Origin: Monocercomonoides exilis PA203
Lineage: Eukaryota; Protista; Preaxostyla
Direction of reading: 5' to 3'
Assembly (NCBI GenBank): GCA_001643675.2
Contig: LSRY02000038.1
Span: 930,001 to 994,000 of the forward strand
DNA length: 64,000 nt
In this document: positions 24,901-38,957 of the stretch, piece by piece
Layout of the letters: each line of letters opens with the position of its first letter
Position numbering within the stretch: the stretch's first letter is position 1
Program-made: the position numbers and the translations under genes
Notes under the pieces: model-generated
Seen by the model: only the letters and a program-made list of their open reading frames with translations
Databases searched by the model: none
Told to the model about the DNA's origin: nothing

Positions 24901-26778
24901 GGGGATGGAGAAGGCGGTGCTGAGGATGGAAGATGTGGCTCTGTCACCAGCAGCTTTTACGCCAGCAGAACTTGTGGAGCGAGAAGAGGCAGAAGAGGAT
25001 AAGGGGGAAAAAAGATGATGAGAAGGAAGAAGAAGAAGAAAGAAGAAATGGGAAATGAAGAAGAAGTGAATGAAGATGTTGTGCTTGCAGAAGCAAATGT
25101 TGAGAAAGGGAATGGGGTTTCAATAATTTGCTGCTGAATCCTTTTTCGTTTTTTGATTTCAGGAAGAAAATCAAAACAAAACGTTGATAGTGTCGTAACG
25201 GGCTTATTCTTCGTTTCAGCTCTTTTCAGTTTCTCTTTTGAAAATCATTCATTCTTAGCCTTTCGAATGTCTCTGTCAAATACCTCTTTCTCCCTTCTCC
25301 TCCTTAATATCCACCCGAACCCCCAGCTGGCTACAAATGCTTCAGAGATCAGAAGGATGCTCTGTTGCTAAAACACATCTCTCGTAGCTTACACGCTGCT
25401 GCTCACAAATACATCCGCATTGCATTATATGTTCTTTCCAAGTATCCCACAAGCGGTGGCAGCGAGAAGGAAGAAATAGAAGAAGAAGGAGAGGAAGAAG
25501 AAGGAGAGGAAGAAGAAGACATGTTCGATAAAGAGGCAGAGCTTGTGTAAGATTTGCAGATGGACTTTTGTGCGAGAGAAGAGGAGTATGTGGCTGAGAT
25601 GAATGATTGAGTGGCCCTGGAGAAGTTCCAACAAGAATAGAAGAGGCAGACAATTGCGTGTGTGGCAAGGGAGAAAAAAGAGGGGTGGCAATTGTCGAGG
25701 AGGCTGTGGTGTTTAAAGTGTGCATCCGAATATATGAGAGTGTGCAGTCGAACGAGAAAAATGCCTGATGATGCTCACCTTCATCATCACCTCCTTCTCC
25801 TCCTCCTTATCCCCATCTTCTTCCCCTTCCCCTTCCTTTCTGTTGCTGCCTGTGCAAGTTTTGCATCGAATGTATGAATTTGCGATGTGCAAAACTAGTC
25901 TTTCTCTTTCGTCTTCGTCTTCGCCTTTGGATCTTCCTGCTGCCTCACTTTCCTCTGCTCTGCGCCTAATTTGCTTCTGAAATCCACCTTCTTTGCTTCT
26001 TCCATTTGAACATGCGCTTCTCTCTCTTCGCTTCTTGGAGATGTCATTAAGCGAGCAGATAAACGCAATGTGCCTTGAAGCTCCTTCCCTCTTCCACTTC
26101 CATTTCTCAGAGATACCCATTCACCCCATTCTGCATAGCCGGAGCGCTGAAGCCGTATGAAGTTCTGAAGCAGAGCAGGATGATCCGCTGTTGAAGAGTA
26201 AAGAGGTTCAAATGCACACCCTTCAGTTCCGCAAAATGCTTTGGTAGCGATGATGTTGCTGTGGAGAGAAAGAAAAGTGGATGTAATTATTTATAGCTGG
26301 TGAATTAAAGCGGCTTATTGAACATCCCATATTCATACGAAGAAAGATAGATTGATCAAAAGCGAAGTGATAGGAAATATCATTGAAAAAGAAGATGAAG
26401 GTGAATGTTTTCATTAATAGAGAAAACAGTTTTTAATCAAATTATTCTTCCGAAGAAAAATATGAGAAGGCTTCTTATGATTTTATTGATTGGTCAATAT
26501 ATTGTGCTCGATAAGATAACTTCGAAGGAATCGTTAATTATAATCGCAATATTTAAAATAAACAGATTCAAGTTTATCAATAAAGTCTGGTATCCCCGTA
26601 TAATTGGCAGCTTTTGAGTGATTATCCAACAATTCTTGTAACAAACAGAAAAGACATTCTATCTGTCCATGAAAAATTAACGTACATTACATCTGACGAG
26701 GTTGATGGCAAAAAATGCAAAGAATGACAAGAAGATCATAAAGAATTCGAGGAATAAGATGAAAATGAAGGTGAAAGT

Positions 26779-26946
26779 GAAGAAGGTGAAGAAGGTGAAG
26801 AAGGTGAAGAAGGTGAAGAAGGTGAAGAAGGTGAAGAAGGTGAAGAAGGTGAAGAAGGTGAAGAAGGTGAAGAAGGTGAAGAAGGTGAAGAAGGTGAAGA
26901 AGGTGAAGAAGGTGAAGAAGGTGAAGAAGGTGAAGAAGGTGAAGAA
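26779..26946 (+). repeat. Tandem 9-mer (GAAGAAGGT) x ~18-19
   Basis: Perfect tandem array; would encode (EEG)n or (KKV)n depending on frame. Confidence 0.95.
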
Positions 26947-28836
26947 AATGAATTTTAATGGTTATCGAGAAATCCGTAGCAAATTCTAAATTTTTTCCGA
27001 GGAAGAGTGGGGTTGTATTTTATGTGTTGTCAGTTAATCAAAAAAATTTTTTTCCGATAAGTTGATTTCTGTTTGAGCAGTAATTCGCAATCACTTATAT
27101 AACGCAAGAGAGACTGATGCAATTTAATGTGGCAGTATATTTCCAAAGTCAATTCACCAACTTTTTGCGATTTCCTCTCCTTTCCCCTCAAAAATAGAAA
27201 ATATTAATATTTCTTAATTTCCTTCCTCTTTTATTTTTCCTCTTCCATTCAACTCACAAAATCCTCTTAAAATATCATCAGTTCCTTTTCTTCATCTTTC
27301 CCATTCTCTACCAAAAATCTTCTCCTCTCATAAAAAAATACCCCTCTTCCAATCTAACATTCCGCAATTTTCCTTTTCTTGCCCACTTTAACACTCTTTT
27401 CCATTTTTTCAAATTCCATTTCTCCAATTTGTCTCAAATATCTCCTCACCATCCCTAGCAACTTCTCAACATATTTATTATATTATCTTCTCAAAATCTT
27501 CACCTGCTCTTCCCCACCCCTTTGTCTCAGAATTTCTTTCATTCAAAAACCCCTCTCGAAACATTAACATTCAAAAAAACACTCAACTTTCACCCCCTTC
27601 CACAAATAATATTCTTCCATCTCTTCTCTGCCCCATATCCCTCATGTGCAAGGTGTTGATGAGATAGACATCAAATACTTTTTTGTATTGTTGAGAATAT
27701 TATTAAAGGAGATGATCATGCCAAAAACAGAAAAAACCCCTCTGGACAGCCACCACAATGTGTACAGGCTGAGTTGACCCTCCAGTGAGGTGTACAATGT
27801 ATTTTGTGGAGATGCATTCCGTGCTGTATTCAACCATTCTGAGACTGAAATGAAGAGATTGATTTTGTGAATGATGATGGCTGTGGAAATGAATGTGTTT
27901 GGCAAAAAACAGTCGAAGAGCAGTTTGGTCTTTATTTATTTTTCTATATATGAATATTTGTTAATGGATGTTTTTGTTTCGTTTTCAGAGCAGCAGGCGG
28001 AAAAGAATGAAAATGATTGAAAGCGGGATATCTCATTATGCAGGGTGACCACAGAGTTGGGAGAGCGAACTCATATGGAAAGTGCCCAGGATGAAGAGAT
28101 TGGGAAGGGAATTGGAGATGATATTTTTGATGAAAAACAGGACGGTTTATAATTTTAAAGAATGAATTAAAAATAAAACACAAATCTCAATATTTTCTGA
28201 AGATCCAGAAATTGATGCATTTGAAGGAGAAAGGGCTATTAAAAAGGAAGGTTAGCGATTCAGATGATGATGCGTTGAAAATTGAATGTTTTTATTTTTA
28301 TTTATTGATTTCAACTTATTTTTTCAAATTCTTTTTCAATAATATTATTTAAATGTTCTTTTCTTAAGATATTGATTTTTGTCGTTATCTCAATTATTTT
28401 TGTCATGTTTTTTAAACCAGTTAACTTAAGCTTTGTTCTGTTAACTGAATTTTCGATATTTTTTTTTATAACTTTTCATATTTTTTCACAAAATTTGAAT
28501 AAAAACGATTGGTAACAAATTTAATTCAACAAATAATAAATAATAAAAATATGGGTGATTCTTTTTGAAATCATAACTTTTTTCGGTGTGCTGTTATTTC
28601 AAAGATTGTTTGCCATTGGGTATAGAATTTTCATTCAAGTGCTTGACATATCAGAACTGTTTCAAAAACAAATGTTCAAGTTGAATTGAAAACGATGGAC
28701 TTATGAAAATGCTATTTCTCTTTTCAATGTTCATTTGTTAATATTCAAGGGAGTTTTTTCGAACCGAAATTTTTAAATGGAAAAATATGACATCAAAAAT
28801 AATCACCCATATTTTTTGCAATGCATTTACATGATC

Positions 28837-29734
28837 ATTCACTTTCATTTTTCTTATCAACACAACCCTTAATGAAAAATATTTTTGATCAAACGTCGGA
28901 ATTTTTTATGATATCAAAAAAAATCACCCATATTGCTTATCTCGAGAAATCTCAAAAAAAAATTGAAAAGAATGAAAAGCTTCCATTCATGTGTGTTCAT
29001 GAACAATTAAATATTTTTAGAAAATGAAACTTATTAAAGATTGAAAATTTATATTCTTCGAACATCAAAAAGTTTGCACGACCGAATAATAAGCAGCAAA
29101 AAAGAAATTGCTTTATGCTCGAACAATTATGGTTATTTTCGAAAATTGAATCAATCCAAATTTGCGTATTAAAAATATTACAAAAAATGATGATTTATCA
29201 TATTAATTAATTTCCAATGTATTTAAAAAGTTGTCCCACAAAAATTCAAAAAAAAGATCAAACATTGAACGAGATTATCATCTCAAAAAAAATCACCCAT
29301 TTATTCGATGAAAATTTTCTTAATAATTACACCAAAATTAATTTTTTTATTTTGACATAAATTATTCAATTTCATAACTCATTTATAACTTCAACTTTTG
29401 ATTAATTTTGAGTGTGAAATTTTTAAAATTAAAAGTTATTTTTTGACCATTAAAAATTCATAACTGACTGATCTTTTTTGAAATCATTCTTTCGTTCGAG
29501 TTTTGATCAAAAATAAAATCTCCATGGAATTTCCAAAGAAAATATATTCCATTTTAACATCGTCATAAGATTTGTTTATTTTCTTTTGTGTCTAAGTTTT
29601 TTTGTAAAGTTCCTTTTGTTTAATTTTCAAATTAAGAAAATGGGTGAATTTTTTTGATATCATAAAAAATTCCGAAGTTTGATCAAAAATATTTTTCACT
29701 AAGGGTTGGGTTGATAAGAAAAAGGAAAGTGAAT
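28837..29734. repeat. ~100-bp imperfect inverted repeat pair around a ~700-bp AT-rich spacer (possible decayed MITE/foldback)
   Basis: 28837-28939 (ATTCACTTTCATTTTTCTTATCAACACAACCCTTAATGAAAAATATTTTTGATCAAAC...TCACCCAT) is complementary to 29633-29734 with few mismatches. No TSD identified. Confidence 0.8.
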
Positions 29735-30577
29735 AGATGAAATGTGAAATATTTGGAAATTTTTGAAATGATCAAATTATTTTGTAATAACCCAAAAATT
29801 TTGAGTTTTTCAAAGGTTTTTTGAGTTTTTCTAATTCTTTTGAAAAAAAGTCAGTCTTATTAAGTATTGACAAACGAAGTTTTATTATTTTTTCTGTCTT
29901 GTTGCATTTTATTGTCATTCTCTTTTTTGTCAGTTTTATTTCATTGTTATCTGCATTCTGAGGCAAAAACTGCAAAAATGATCTTCAATTTCACATAACA
30001 TTATTTTTTTTAATTAACTTGTCATTTTTTTCATTAAGCTGTGCATGAAAAGAAATATACACGTTGAGCCTGTTTTCCCTTTAGCATTTACATCCGATGT
30101 TCTGAAACAAGAAACTGCAAACTCGTTAATTGGAGATTATTTATCTTCTTTTGATTTTACTTCATTTCAACTGTTCTTTTAATAAATATTTTATTTTTTA
30201 ACATAATTAGCATTCTAACATTGTTCCTCTTTTGAAAAGACAATTTATTTCATGATTATATTCAGAAATATTTCTTTTATTTTTATGCAATGAATTTATC
30301 ATTACACATGCAGAGTGAATAAATTTTTATAATAAAAAAGGTATCAGTGGAAAATATCGATCAAGAAAAAAATGATTATTTGATGATTATTTCGATACAG
30401 TTACATAAAAGCTCACTTTAAAAAAATTTTGTTCCATCAAAAAACTTTCTTCTTTTTCGTTTAAATTCATAAACAAAACTAATTTTCCACCCAGAGATAT
30501 AGTAAAAAATAAAGAGTTTAATAACACAGTCAATTGTAATTTTGAGATTTATACTAATAACAATAAAACAAGCCAAA

Positions 30578-31800
30578 TTAGAAATGAAGTAATTGTTTTT
30601 TTCTTCTCTCCCAATTTGCATGTGACCAAAAATTCATCTCATAATCGCCCTTCCCAAATATATAGCCACTCTGCTCTCCTTCTGTTCTCGTGCTCATTAT
30701 CCCGAACGTCTCTCCAGCCTTCACAATCTTTGCCACAACCACCTCATCTCCTTCAGTCAACTTCACATTCATCACCTTCACATTCGCCAGCACGCTGTCT
30801 CCTGATGCTGTGGCTGTCAGATACAGTGCAGATGACGACAATGAAGAAGAAGAAGAAGGAGAAGGTAGATCCGGCTCAGAGAACAATGATTTTGAGACAT
30901 TCATATTTATGATCTCCACACCAATCATCGACAGCTGCTACAGAAACACCACAAACACTGACGACGACATCACATAGTTTTTTGTTTTACTCGTGGTGAT
31001 CACAACATCCTCCAATGAGAATGACCCACTCCCATCAGACACCACAGCCACACTCGGCGTAGAAGGATTTGCATTTGAGTTGCAATAGACCTTCATGCGC
31101 AATAAACAAAGATGTCCTGTTGATGCACTGAACAGCGTTCCTGCTGCTGCTGATGATGAAAGGGCTCCTGTTCCAATCGAACTTTTATCTTTGCCTGTTC
31201 CAATGACTGAAATCTTCTTTGTCCCAATCTCAATTGTTGCTGTCTCGCTTGTGTGATTCCCTTCTATCAGTGTGACTGACTGGCTCACCTGGATCGTGCC
31301 CTTTTCAACTGCAATACCAATGGTTCTGCATGCAGTTGACTCACCCAATTCACAAAACTCAAAATTATCATGCCCATTCACTGATACGTATATCGTCTTT
31401 TCTATCACCCAATCCTTCTTTTCTGTATGTTTATATGACCAGTTGTTATCAGTGTAATTATATCCGTAGCATACTCTCTGTTCATTCAGATTTGTGGTGC
31501 AACATTTAAAAAACGGATTTCCTGAATTTTAATAGACATTATAAGCATCAACGTATTCAACATCATGCCCATATGGAGGAGAGGTCGTTCTGCATTTGCA
31601 TTCGTGAAAAAACAGAAAATAACAATAAAATGTGTCACTTGTCATTGTAACCCGATTTGGATGTTAACACAATCCTCCGCCTTCTTTTCGAGCAGAATAT
31701 GAAATTACACTAAATGTCCTTCACTTTAAAAGCAAAGAAACAGCAACTCAACGCACACCTCATTCATCTGATTCAGAAACTGAGCATGAAGTTATAATGT
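30578..31800 (-). pseudogene. Decayed Cys/Gly/Ser-rich surface-protein-family gene
   Basis: PYGHDV...NPFF...RVCY...HTEKKDWV...IYVSVNGHD...CRTIG...KKISVIG, paralogous to the 10946-12960 cargo. Contains stops and frameshifts. Confidence 0.7.
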
Positions 31801-32655
31801 TGTAGAACATACTATCACGCTCTCCTCCTATTTCCTTCACAAATGCATCCAGGCTTCAAAATTTAAATAAATAAAATAATTTTCAAAAATATGTTTGATA
31901 ACCAAATTATCACACCTTGCATCCAAGTTCAATGCATTTGGAAACATTTGGCTATGATTTTTATATAAATCATCTCGCTGCAGTTTAAAATAATGCAGAA
32001 AATGAGGATTATAGTTGAATCCATTCTTTCAATTTTTTTTAAAACCAATTATAAGAAAATTTAAGTGAAAATATATTTGTTATATGCTTCATTAACAGCC
32101 ATTGTTATAAACAATCGCTATGAGCCTTATGAATTGAAAAATTTCACTGTTGATTTCATTGGATCATATATTAGATTTAATGGGTGAAAAAATAAAAAAA
32201 AATAATCATGCTATTTTAGAAAAATTTCACGAAATTTTGTCAGCAATTGATTTTCACTTCTTAAATGTTCATTTTTTTAAAAAAATACTGAAACATCCCA
32301 ACGAATTATTTAAACAGATATTTAATTCATATTTTTTCAATTGATTTGGAAAAATATGAAAAGAGTTCTTTTTTTTGAATTCATTTATTTTTGAGACAAA
32401 GATATTTGATCGATTGAAAAAATTTAATCATAAGAACTGGTTCAATAAAAATCATTGTGGTTCTGAAAACAAAAAATAAGTCAGTCTTACTGAAAATAAC
32501 TTGGTTATTTTGAAATAAGTGAATTATCGGCATATTGTACTTATACGCCACCTTGCCAAATTAAAGATAAACTTTCGATCACATGTTTGAAGCACATTTG
32601 AATAAACATCTGCGTCACCTTGAAAAAGGTGGGCTCTCGTCAGTCAGTGCCCGGC

Positions 32656-32657
<2 letters not shown>

Positions 32658-32691
<34 letters not shown>
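32658..32691 (+). repeat. poly-T tract (34 nt) just inside the hAT end
   Basis: Direct reading. Confidence 0.95.
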
Positions 32692-32693
<2 letters not shown>

Positions 32694-33590
32694 GTAAAAG
32701 CAATCAATTTTTCAAAATTATGCTTTGAAAAGGATAAAACACTTTCCAATAATTCAAAATTTTCAAAACAAAAATTTTCTCACAATTCACAATCAATAAA
32801 CCTTAATTAAATATTCATTTATTAAATTTCTGTTTTTCACTTTAACGGAAGTCATTTCATTCTATAAATATTTACATCAAGATTGTCCTATTTATTTTTT
32901 AATGTTTTTGAAGCTTTGTTATCAGTGTCTCGTTTTTATTATTATCTCTTTTTTAAAAATCTTTAAACCTAAGAAATTTTTTATGTTCAACATGTTTTTT
33001 CTTCGAAATACATAATTATCATATTTTAAAAATATATTTTTTTTCAATTTTCAACAGACAATTTTATCCTTTCAATTTGACAATTGTTTTTAAAAGCAAA
33101 AAAAATATTTGACATGTTGTTCGCTATATTATCCACATGAGAGAATTATTATCTTTGAATATGAATTAAAATACTTTATTATGAATATGCTTAAAAACAA
33201 TCTGATTTGAATTAATAGTTCATTACAAATAAAGTCTCTTTTATATTTTTTTGTTTTTTCATTTCATTTTTGCTCTGATCCTTTGTGATTGTTTAAACTT
33301 TGTTTAAATGAAAAGTTATGAGCATCACACCGATTTGCATTGACTTTTTTGATTTTCTTCATCCCCTTTTTTATTTATATTCAACTTTATATTTATCTTT
33401 TTCTGTTTTTTCTTTCTTTTCTACTCCTTCTTCAACCTCTCCTTGAATCTATATAACTTCGTCCAATTATTCATCTTCCATCAAGTCATTTCAAATACTT
33501 CTTAAAAATTCTTCTTTTTTTCTTCTTCCATCAAAATATTTACATTTCTTTCATTTTTCTCTCTTCTTCTTCTTCTTCTTTCACCTCCAG

Positions 33591-34476
33591 CATTTAAAAA
33601 ATGTTGCATCAAGTTTATCAAAAGAATTAGAAGAGCTGACAGCTGAGCCATTGAGAATGGAGCAAAGTGTATCGGCTGTTCAACAAAGACTGCTGTCGAG
33701 AAAACAACAGCAACATTTTTGTGTCAAATATATCGTATTTCTTTATTTCATTTTTCACTCTTCCATGTCATATTTGTTTTCTCCTTTCATATTTCTCTTT
33801 CTCTTTATATATATATATATCTTTTTTTTCTTTCTCTCTCTTTTCATAATTTGATTCTCATTTCTTTGTATTTGTGTCAATTCAAAACAAAGTGTATGCG
33901 AGTTTGTTTATTCAAATCAGTTTCAATGCATAACGCTTTTCTTTGTAATTATTTGTTGATTTCTCTTCTCTATTATCATATTTTCTTCTATTATTTTATT
34001 TCTCTTCTCAATCAACTCTTCTCTCTTCTTCTCTTCTCTTCTCTATCTATTTCATCTCCTTTTCCTTTTCCTCTTCCTCTCCTCTTTCTCCTTCTCCTTC
34101 TCCTTCTCCTCATCCGCAACTACACCCAGCGAATTCCCACTGCCCTTCGCACTCTCCGCCTCTCCAACTACACTGCTGCTTCTGTTTCTGGTGTGAATTA
34201 CGTTCCTTCTCCGCCTCCTCTTCAGCGGCGTGATTTTGTTCCTTCCGCGCCTTTACGGACTGACCATGGGCAGAGGAAAAAGGAGAGAGGGAAAGGGAAA
34301 GGGAAGGAAGGAAAATAAGGAGAGAAAGAGAAGAAGAAGAAGATGATGATGACAACAACGAAGGAGAAGAGAAGGGTATGTGTTTTGATGAAAAAAGAAG
34401 AGGAGAAGGATACAATGATGATGAGGAAGAGGAAGAAGAGGAAGAAGAGGAAGAAGAGGAAGAAGAGGAAGAAGAG

Positions 34477-34507
<31 letters not shown>

Positions 34508-37500
34508 GAGAAGAAGAAGGAGAAGGAGAAGAAGAAGAAGAAGGAGAAGGAGATGAAGATAAAAAATCTACCTTTAAGCGGAAGAATAAGAATCTGAGAT
34601 ATTCTGTTGCTTTCTGTATAACTGTGCATGAATCACCGTTTGTATTATATCCTTTTCTTTTGAAATTTTTGTTTCATTTTTTTTCATTTTTTTTATCTCT
34701 CATCTATATTATCATCATCATTTCTTTTCACTTTTTTTCCTCTTTATTTATTTATTTATTGTTTTTTTTATTATTATTATAATTATAATTATTTTCATAT
34801 TCACCTTTCATAATTATTATTTTTATTATTTTTGACATCTAATATCTATTTCAGAATCGCTCAACATAACAAAAAGGAAAAGAACAAGAAGCAGAAAGAT
34901 GGCAGCGTGTCTGTGTCCAGCTGAAAGGGGCTGTTTGAAGTGGCAAAAAGATTAAAGTTCATTTCGTCTTTTCTTTCTCATTGCGACAAAAGAAGGAAGA
35001 GAAGAAAGAGAAAGAGGAAAGGAAAGTGAAAGGGGAAGAGGAAGAGGAAGAGAAGAAATATAAATCATATTTAAAAGACCAAAACGAATCGCTGAAGAAG
35101 CTGAAAAAGAAGGATGCGAAGAGAAGAGTGTGTATGAGTTAAAATCCAAATGAGGAGGAGGAGGAAGAAGAAGAAGAAGAATATGATGACGAAGGAGAAG
35201 GAGAAGGAGAAGAAAGAGAAGAAAGAAAGTAAAGGAAGGAAATAGGAGAAAGAAGCAGAAATTGAATGGAATTTACGAGAGAAAAGAAAAAAGAGGAAAA
35301 TAAAGAAATAAAAGGAAATTCAAAGAAGAAAAAAATCACAAGATAAAATTTCAATTTCAATTTCAAACAAAGAGGAAACGAATGAAAATGCAGGAAAACA
35401 AAGGAAATTAGATAGAATGGAAAGAGATTGATTAAGTTCTACTCTTCTTTCTTCTTCTCTTTCTCCTTCTCCCTCTTTTTCTCCTTCTCTTTCTCATTTA
35501 TTTCCTTCAACTTCTCCTCCTCCTCCTCCTCTTATCTTCTTCTTCTTCTTCTTCTTCTTCTTCAACAGAACAGCGTGCTGCTTCGCCTTCACTTTCATTG
35601 TCGCCTTCTTCTTTATCCTCTTCCACATCTTTATCTTCATCAACATTCACTTCTTCTTCTTCTTCCCCTTCACTCACCTGAGACAACTCTCCGTCTTCCG
35701 CCTCACCTTCTGTCTCACCTTCAGCCTCTTCTCCTTCTCCTTCTTCTCCTATTCCATTGCAAACACCTCAATTACCTCAGTCATCTCAACCAATTCAATC
35801 TATTCAATCTATTCAATCATTAAATTCATTGCAATCATATCAATCATATCTATCACCACATGACCCTCACTCTTCCATTGCAAAAGCTGACTCCACAGGC
35901 AGTTTGCTGCTGAAAAGCGAAGAAATCGTTCAAAAACACTCCTCATAGGAAACAAATTGAATGCTTCCTTTTCCTTACAATCAGCTCCATACATCCACAT
36001 CCTTCGCTTCTTATCAATCGATGTTCTTGTCTTCCACTTCTGCTGTGCCTGCGAAATCAATCCATGGAAGAACGAAGAGCGATGTGATTAATTCTCGTCC
36101 TTCTGTTTCTTCTCCTTCTTCTTCTTCTTCTTCCGCTTCCACTTCCACCACCACCACCTCTTCTTCTTCTTCTTCTTCTTCTTCTTCTTTTTCTTCTTCT
36201 TCTTATTTTATTTCTTTTTCTCCCTCTTCTTCCTCCTCCTCATCTTCATTTGAAGGCAAAGGTGGAATCGCAGTCCCAACTGAAAGCTTCTTAAGTGCTT
36301 CTCCTTCTCCTTCGTCGTCGTCTTCTTCGGCACCGCTATCGAAATCGTCCGCGTCTAACACTTTCCTCGACCGTGGTGGAATCTTCTTCTTTTCTTTTGC
36401 TCCTTCTTCACTTTCCAACTCGCTGTCGCTTTCTTCTTCTGGGGGGTGTGGAATTGGAGGAGGAATTGCTTTCGATACATCAGAAGCATTTGCTTCATCA
36501 TCATCATCATCATCATCAACATCTTCTTCTTCTTCTTCTTCCTCTTCTTCCTCTTCTTCTTCCTCTTCCTCTTCTTCCTCCTCTTCTCCCTCTTCTTCCT
36601 CTTCTCTTTCTCCTTTTCCTCTTCGAACCAAAAAAATTCATCCATTCAATTCTCTTTCCACACAGCAAAAGGACTTTTTATTCCGCTCTGCCATTCGAAA
36701 GCTCAAAACCATGTCACAAATTGCTGCATTTGCAAATAAACCTCAAAATTCTTCTTCTTTTTCTCATTTTCCTTCTTCTTCCTTTTCTTCATTCTCCTCT
36801 TTCTCTTCTTCTTCTCTTTCTTCTTCTTCTCTTTCTCCTTTTCTGTCACCACCACCGTCATCATCATCATCTTCTTCTTCTTCTTCTTCTTCCTCTTCCT
36901 CTTCTCCTTCTTCTTTTGTTTCACCACAAGATTCTTTATTTACTCCAACACACAACAATTTGTTTTTCTTCTCTTCTTCTACTTTTTCTTCTTCATCTTC
37001 ATCTTCTTCTTCTTCTTCATCTTCATCATCATCATCTTCTTCTTCTTCTTCTTCACAACCTTCACATCCTTCTCAGCATCCCCACACACAACAAAACACA
37101 TACCAGCCTTCCTCTCTCAAGTCCTCCCTCCACTTTGACGAGCTACAATCTCATTCAACATCCTCTTTCCTTCGTTCCATCAACAATTCTTCTTCCTCAT
37201 CCTCATCCAAAAGACGTTCAACTCTCCGTGAAAGGCCACTTGTTCTGCAGTCGTCACGTACCTCGGCTGCCTTCCTTTATCTGCGTCTGCCGTCAGACGA
37301 GGTGGATATGCTGAGAGGAGTGACATCGCTCCTCCGGTCAATGAAGTCTGCTCTTTCTTCGCTTTCTCTGCTTTGCGAAGAAAACTACAGAAACCGCAAC
37401 TGCAATAGAAGAAGCAGAAGTGACAGAAGTGATAGAAGTGATAGAATCACAGATTATCCTCTTTTTGCAGATGAAGATGGAGACTCATCCAGCTCGATTG

Positions 37501-38790
37501 TCTTCTGCCTTTTTCTTCTTCCTCAAAGCACTTGGCAATGCTTACAAAAGCGAGTACAGAAAGATTGTTTGTTTCATCAGGCAAAGCTGAGAATCGGACA
37601 CATTCTCATTTGCAATCACAGACACTGATGAAAACACAGACACATGCACAGAATCGCACACAGTCCACGATATTCTCCCTGAAGAAGCGGGCAGAGTCGT
37701 TCATATCCTCAATGTTTCTGAGAAAAGTGTCCAGCTGCAGGATTCAGCTTCCGTGTGGGACTGTCCTTCCATTTAACCCGTTTCTGTCGCGTGTGATAGC
37801 ATTGGTGGATGGGAAGCATGTGCATTGTGCCACACAAATCATATGCAATTCGCTAGTCCTCTGGAAAATCCAGTTGTCTTCTTCAGACACAAACCTTTTG
37901 TCTTCATCAAGTTCATTGGCTTCTTCTTTGAATGCAGATTCAAATGATCGTTTGAAGAGAATCTCAAAAACACCACATAGCAAAGCATTCAGTCAAACAT
38001 TCAGAAACCTACATTGAAGACTCTCAGCTCAGCTATTCCAATCAAAAATGCAGAGGCAGATCAAATTCAGTTCCTTTGTTCAACAAAATGCAATCAACAG
38101 CAAATATTTTCTTCTTCTTCTTGTTCTTCTTCAGAATCCTTGTCTCCCATCCGCATCTCCTACCCAAACCGCATCCGTTCTTTTTTCACCACTGCCCCCA
38201 GACCAACTTCCTGCACATTCGTATTCTTATCCCACCGCACCTCGTTCTTGCTGAACTCCAATGGCTTCATCTCCACCTCCGTGCTCCCCGAGCTCTCCCC
38301 ACATACATAAACTCTCATCACCCACAAAACTCCAAGCGCAAGCACACTGAAGTTGTTCATCCTGATACTGCTTTTCTGTTTTTGCTTCAGTCACTTCGCA
38401 GCTCCAAGATCCGCTGCCACAGTTCCGCCTCCCCTGCTTTCTGGAGCACCTATATTCAAAAGATTCATTTCCACAGACTTGCGTGTCATTTGCACCACCT
38501 CAATCACTGTCTCATTTAGCACACTCGCTTCATTCTGTAGCACGACGCAAGTGCTCCTCACCGGAAGCTCCAAGCCTGTGCCGGGCACCAGGTGAAACTC
38601 TTCGGCATCGCATGCCTCTGCTTCCACCTCTGCCTCCAGACTGTTAAACACAACTTGATCATCCTACACTTCCAGCGGACCGCCTCCCACCATTAACGCA
38701 CTCTCTGCTCCTTCTCCATTCCGGTTTGATACTATTCTCCTCAAATCACATATTTCGCCTTTTCTTTTTGCTTCATCTCATTCAACATTC
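33591..38790 (+). pseudogene. Passenger: intron-containing, Ser-rich low-complexity gene or gene fragment inside the hAT element
   Basis: Exon-like segments follow polypyrimidine/AG acceptors (e.g. 33591 HLKNVASSLSKELEELTAEPLRMEQ). 555-aa Ser-rich ORF at 35961-37628, then ORFs 37532-38017 and 38014 onward. Stops and frameshifts present; boundaries approximate. Confidence 0.55.
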
Positions 38791-38957
38791 AGTAAATAAA
38801 CTTCGATTTTCTGTCAAAACATAAAAACATTTAAATTCTGTGCTATGTTTCAGCTTTTTGTTAAGGTCAAGAGATATGGGAAAGAAAACAAATAAGTGAC
38901 AAACAAAATGATAGATTCAACAGATTCAAAACTGAAAAAATTTATTCCCATGAGAAA

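Larger units (their letters stand above)
20481..26745. repeat. Right arm of the large inverted duplication
   Basis: Reverse complement of 1-6254. The true outer end cannot be placed because the left arm leaves the window. Confidence 0.97.

Noticed and set aside
1-26745. Polinton/virophage-like element bounded by the large inverted repeats
   Set aside because: No protein-primed DNA polymerase, packaging ATPase, capsid or retroviral-type integrase motifs seen. The arms contain host-like pseudogenes.
26702-26989. (KKV)n ORF or a CRISPR-like array
   Set aside because: Simple 9-bp tandem repeat without spacers, in eukaryotic context.
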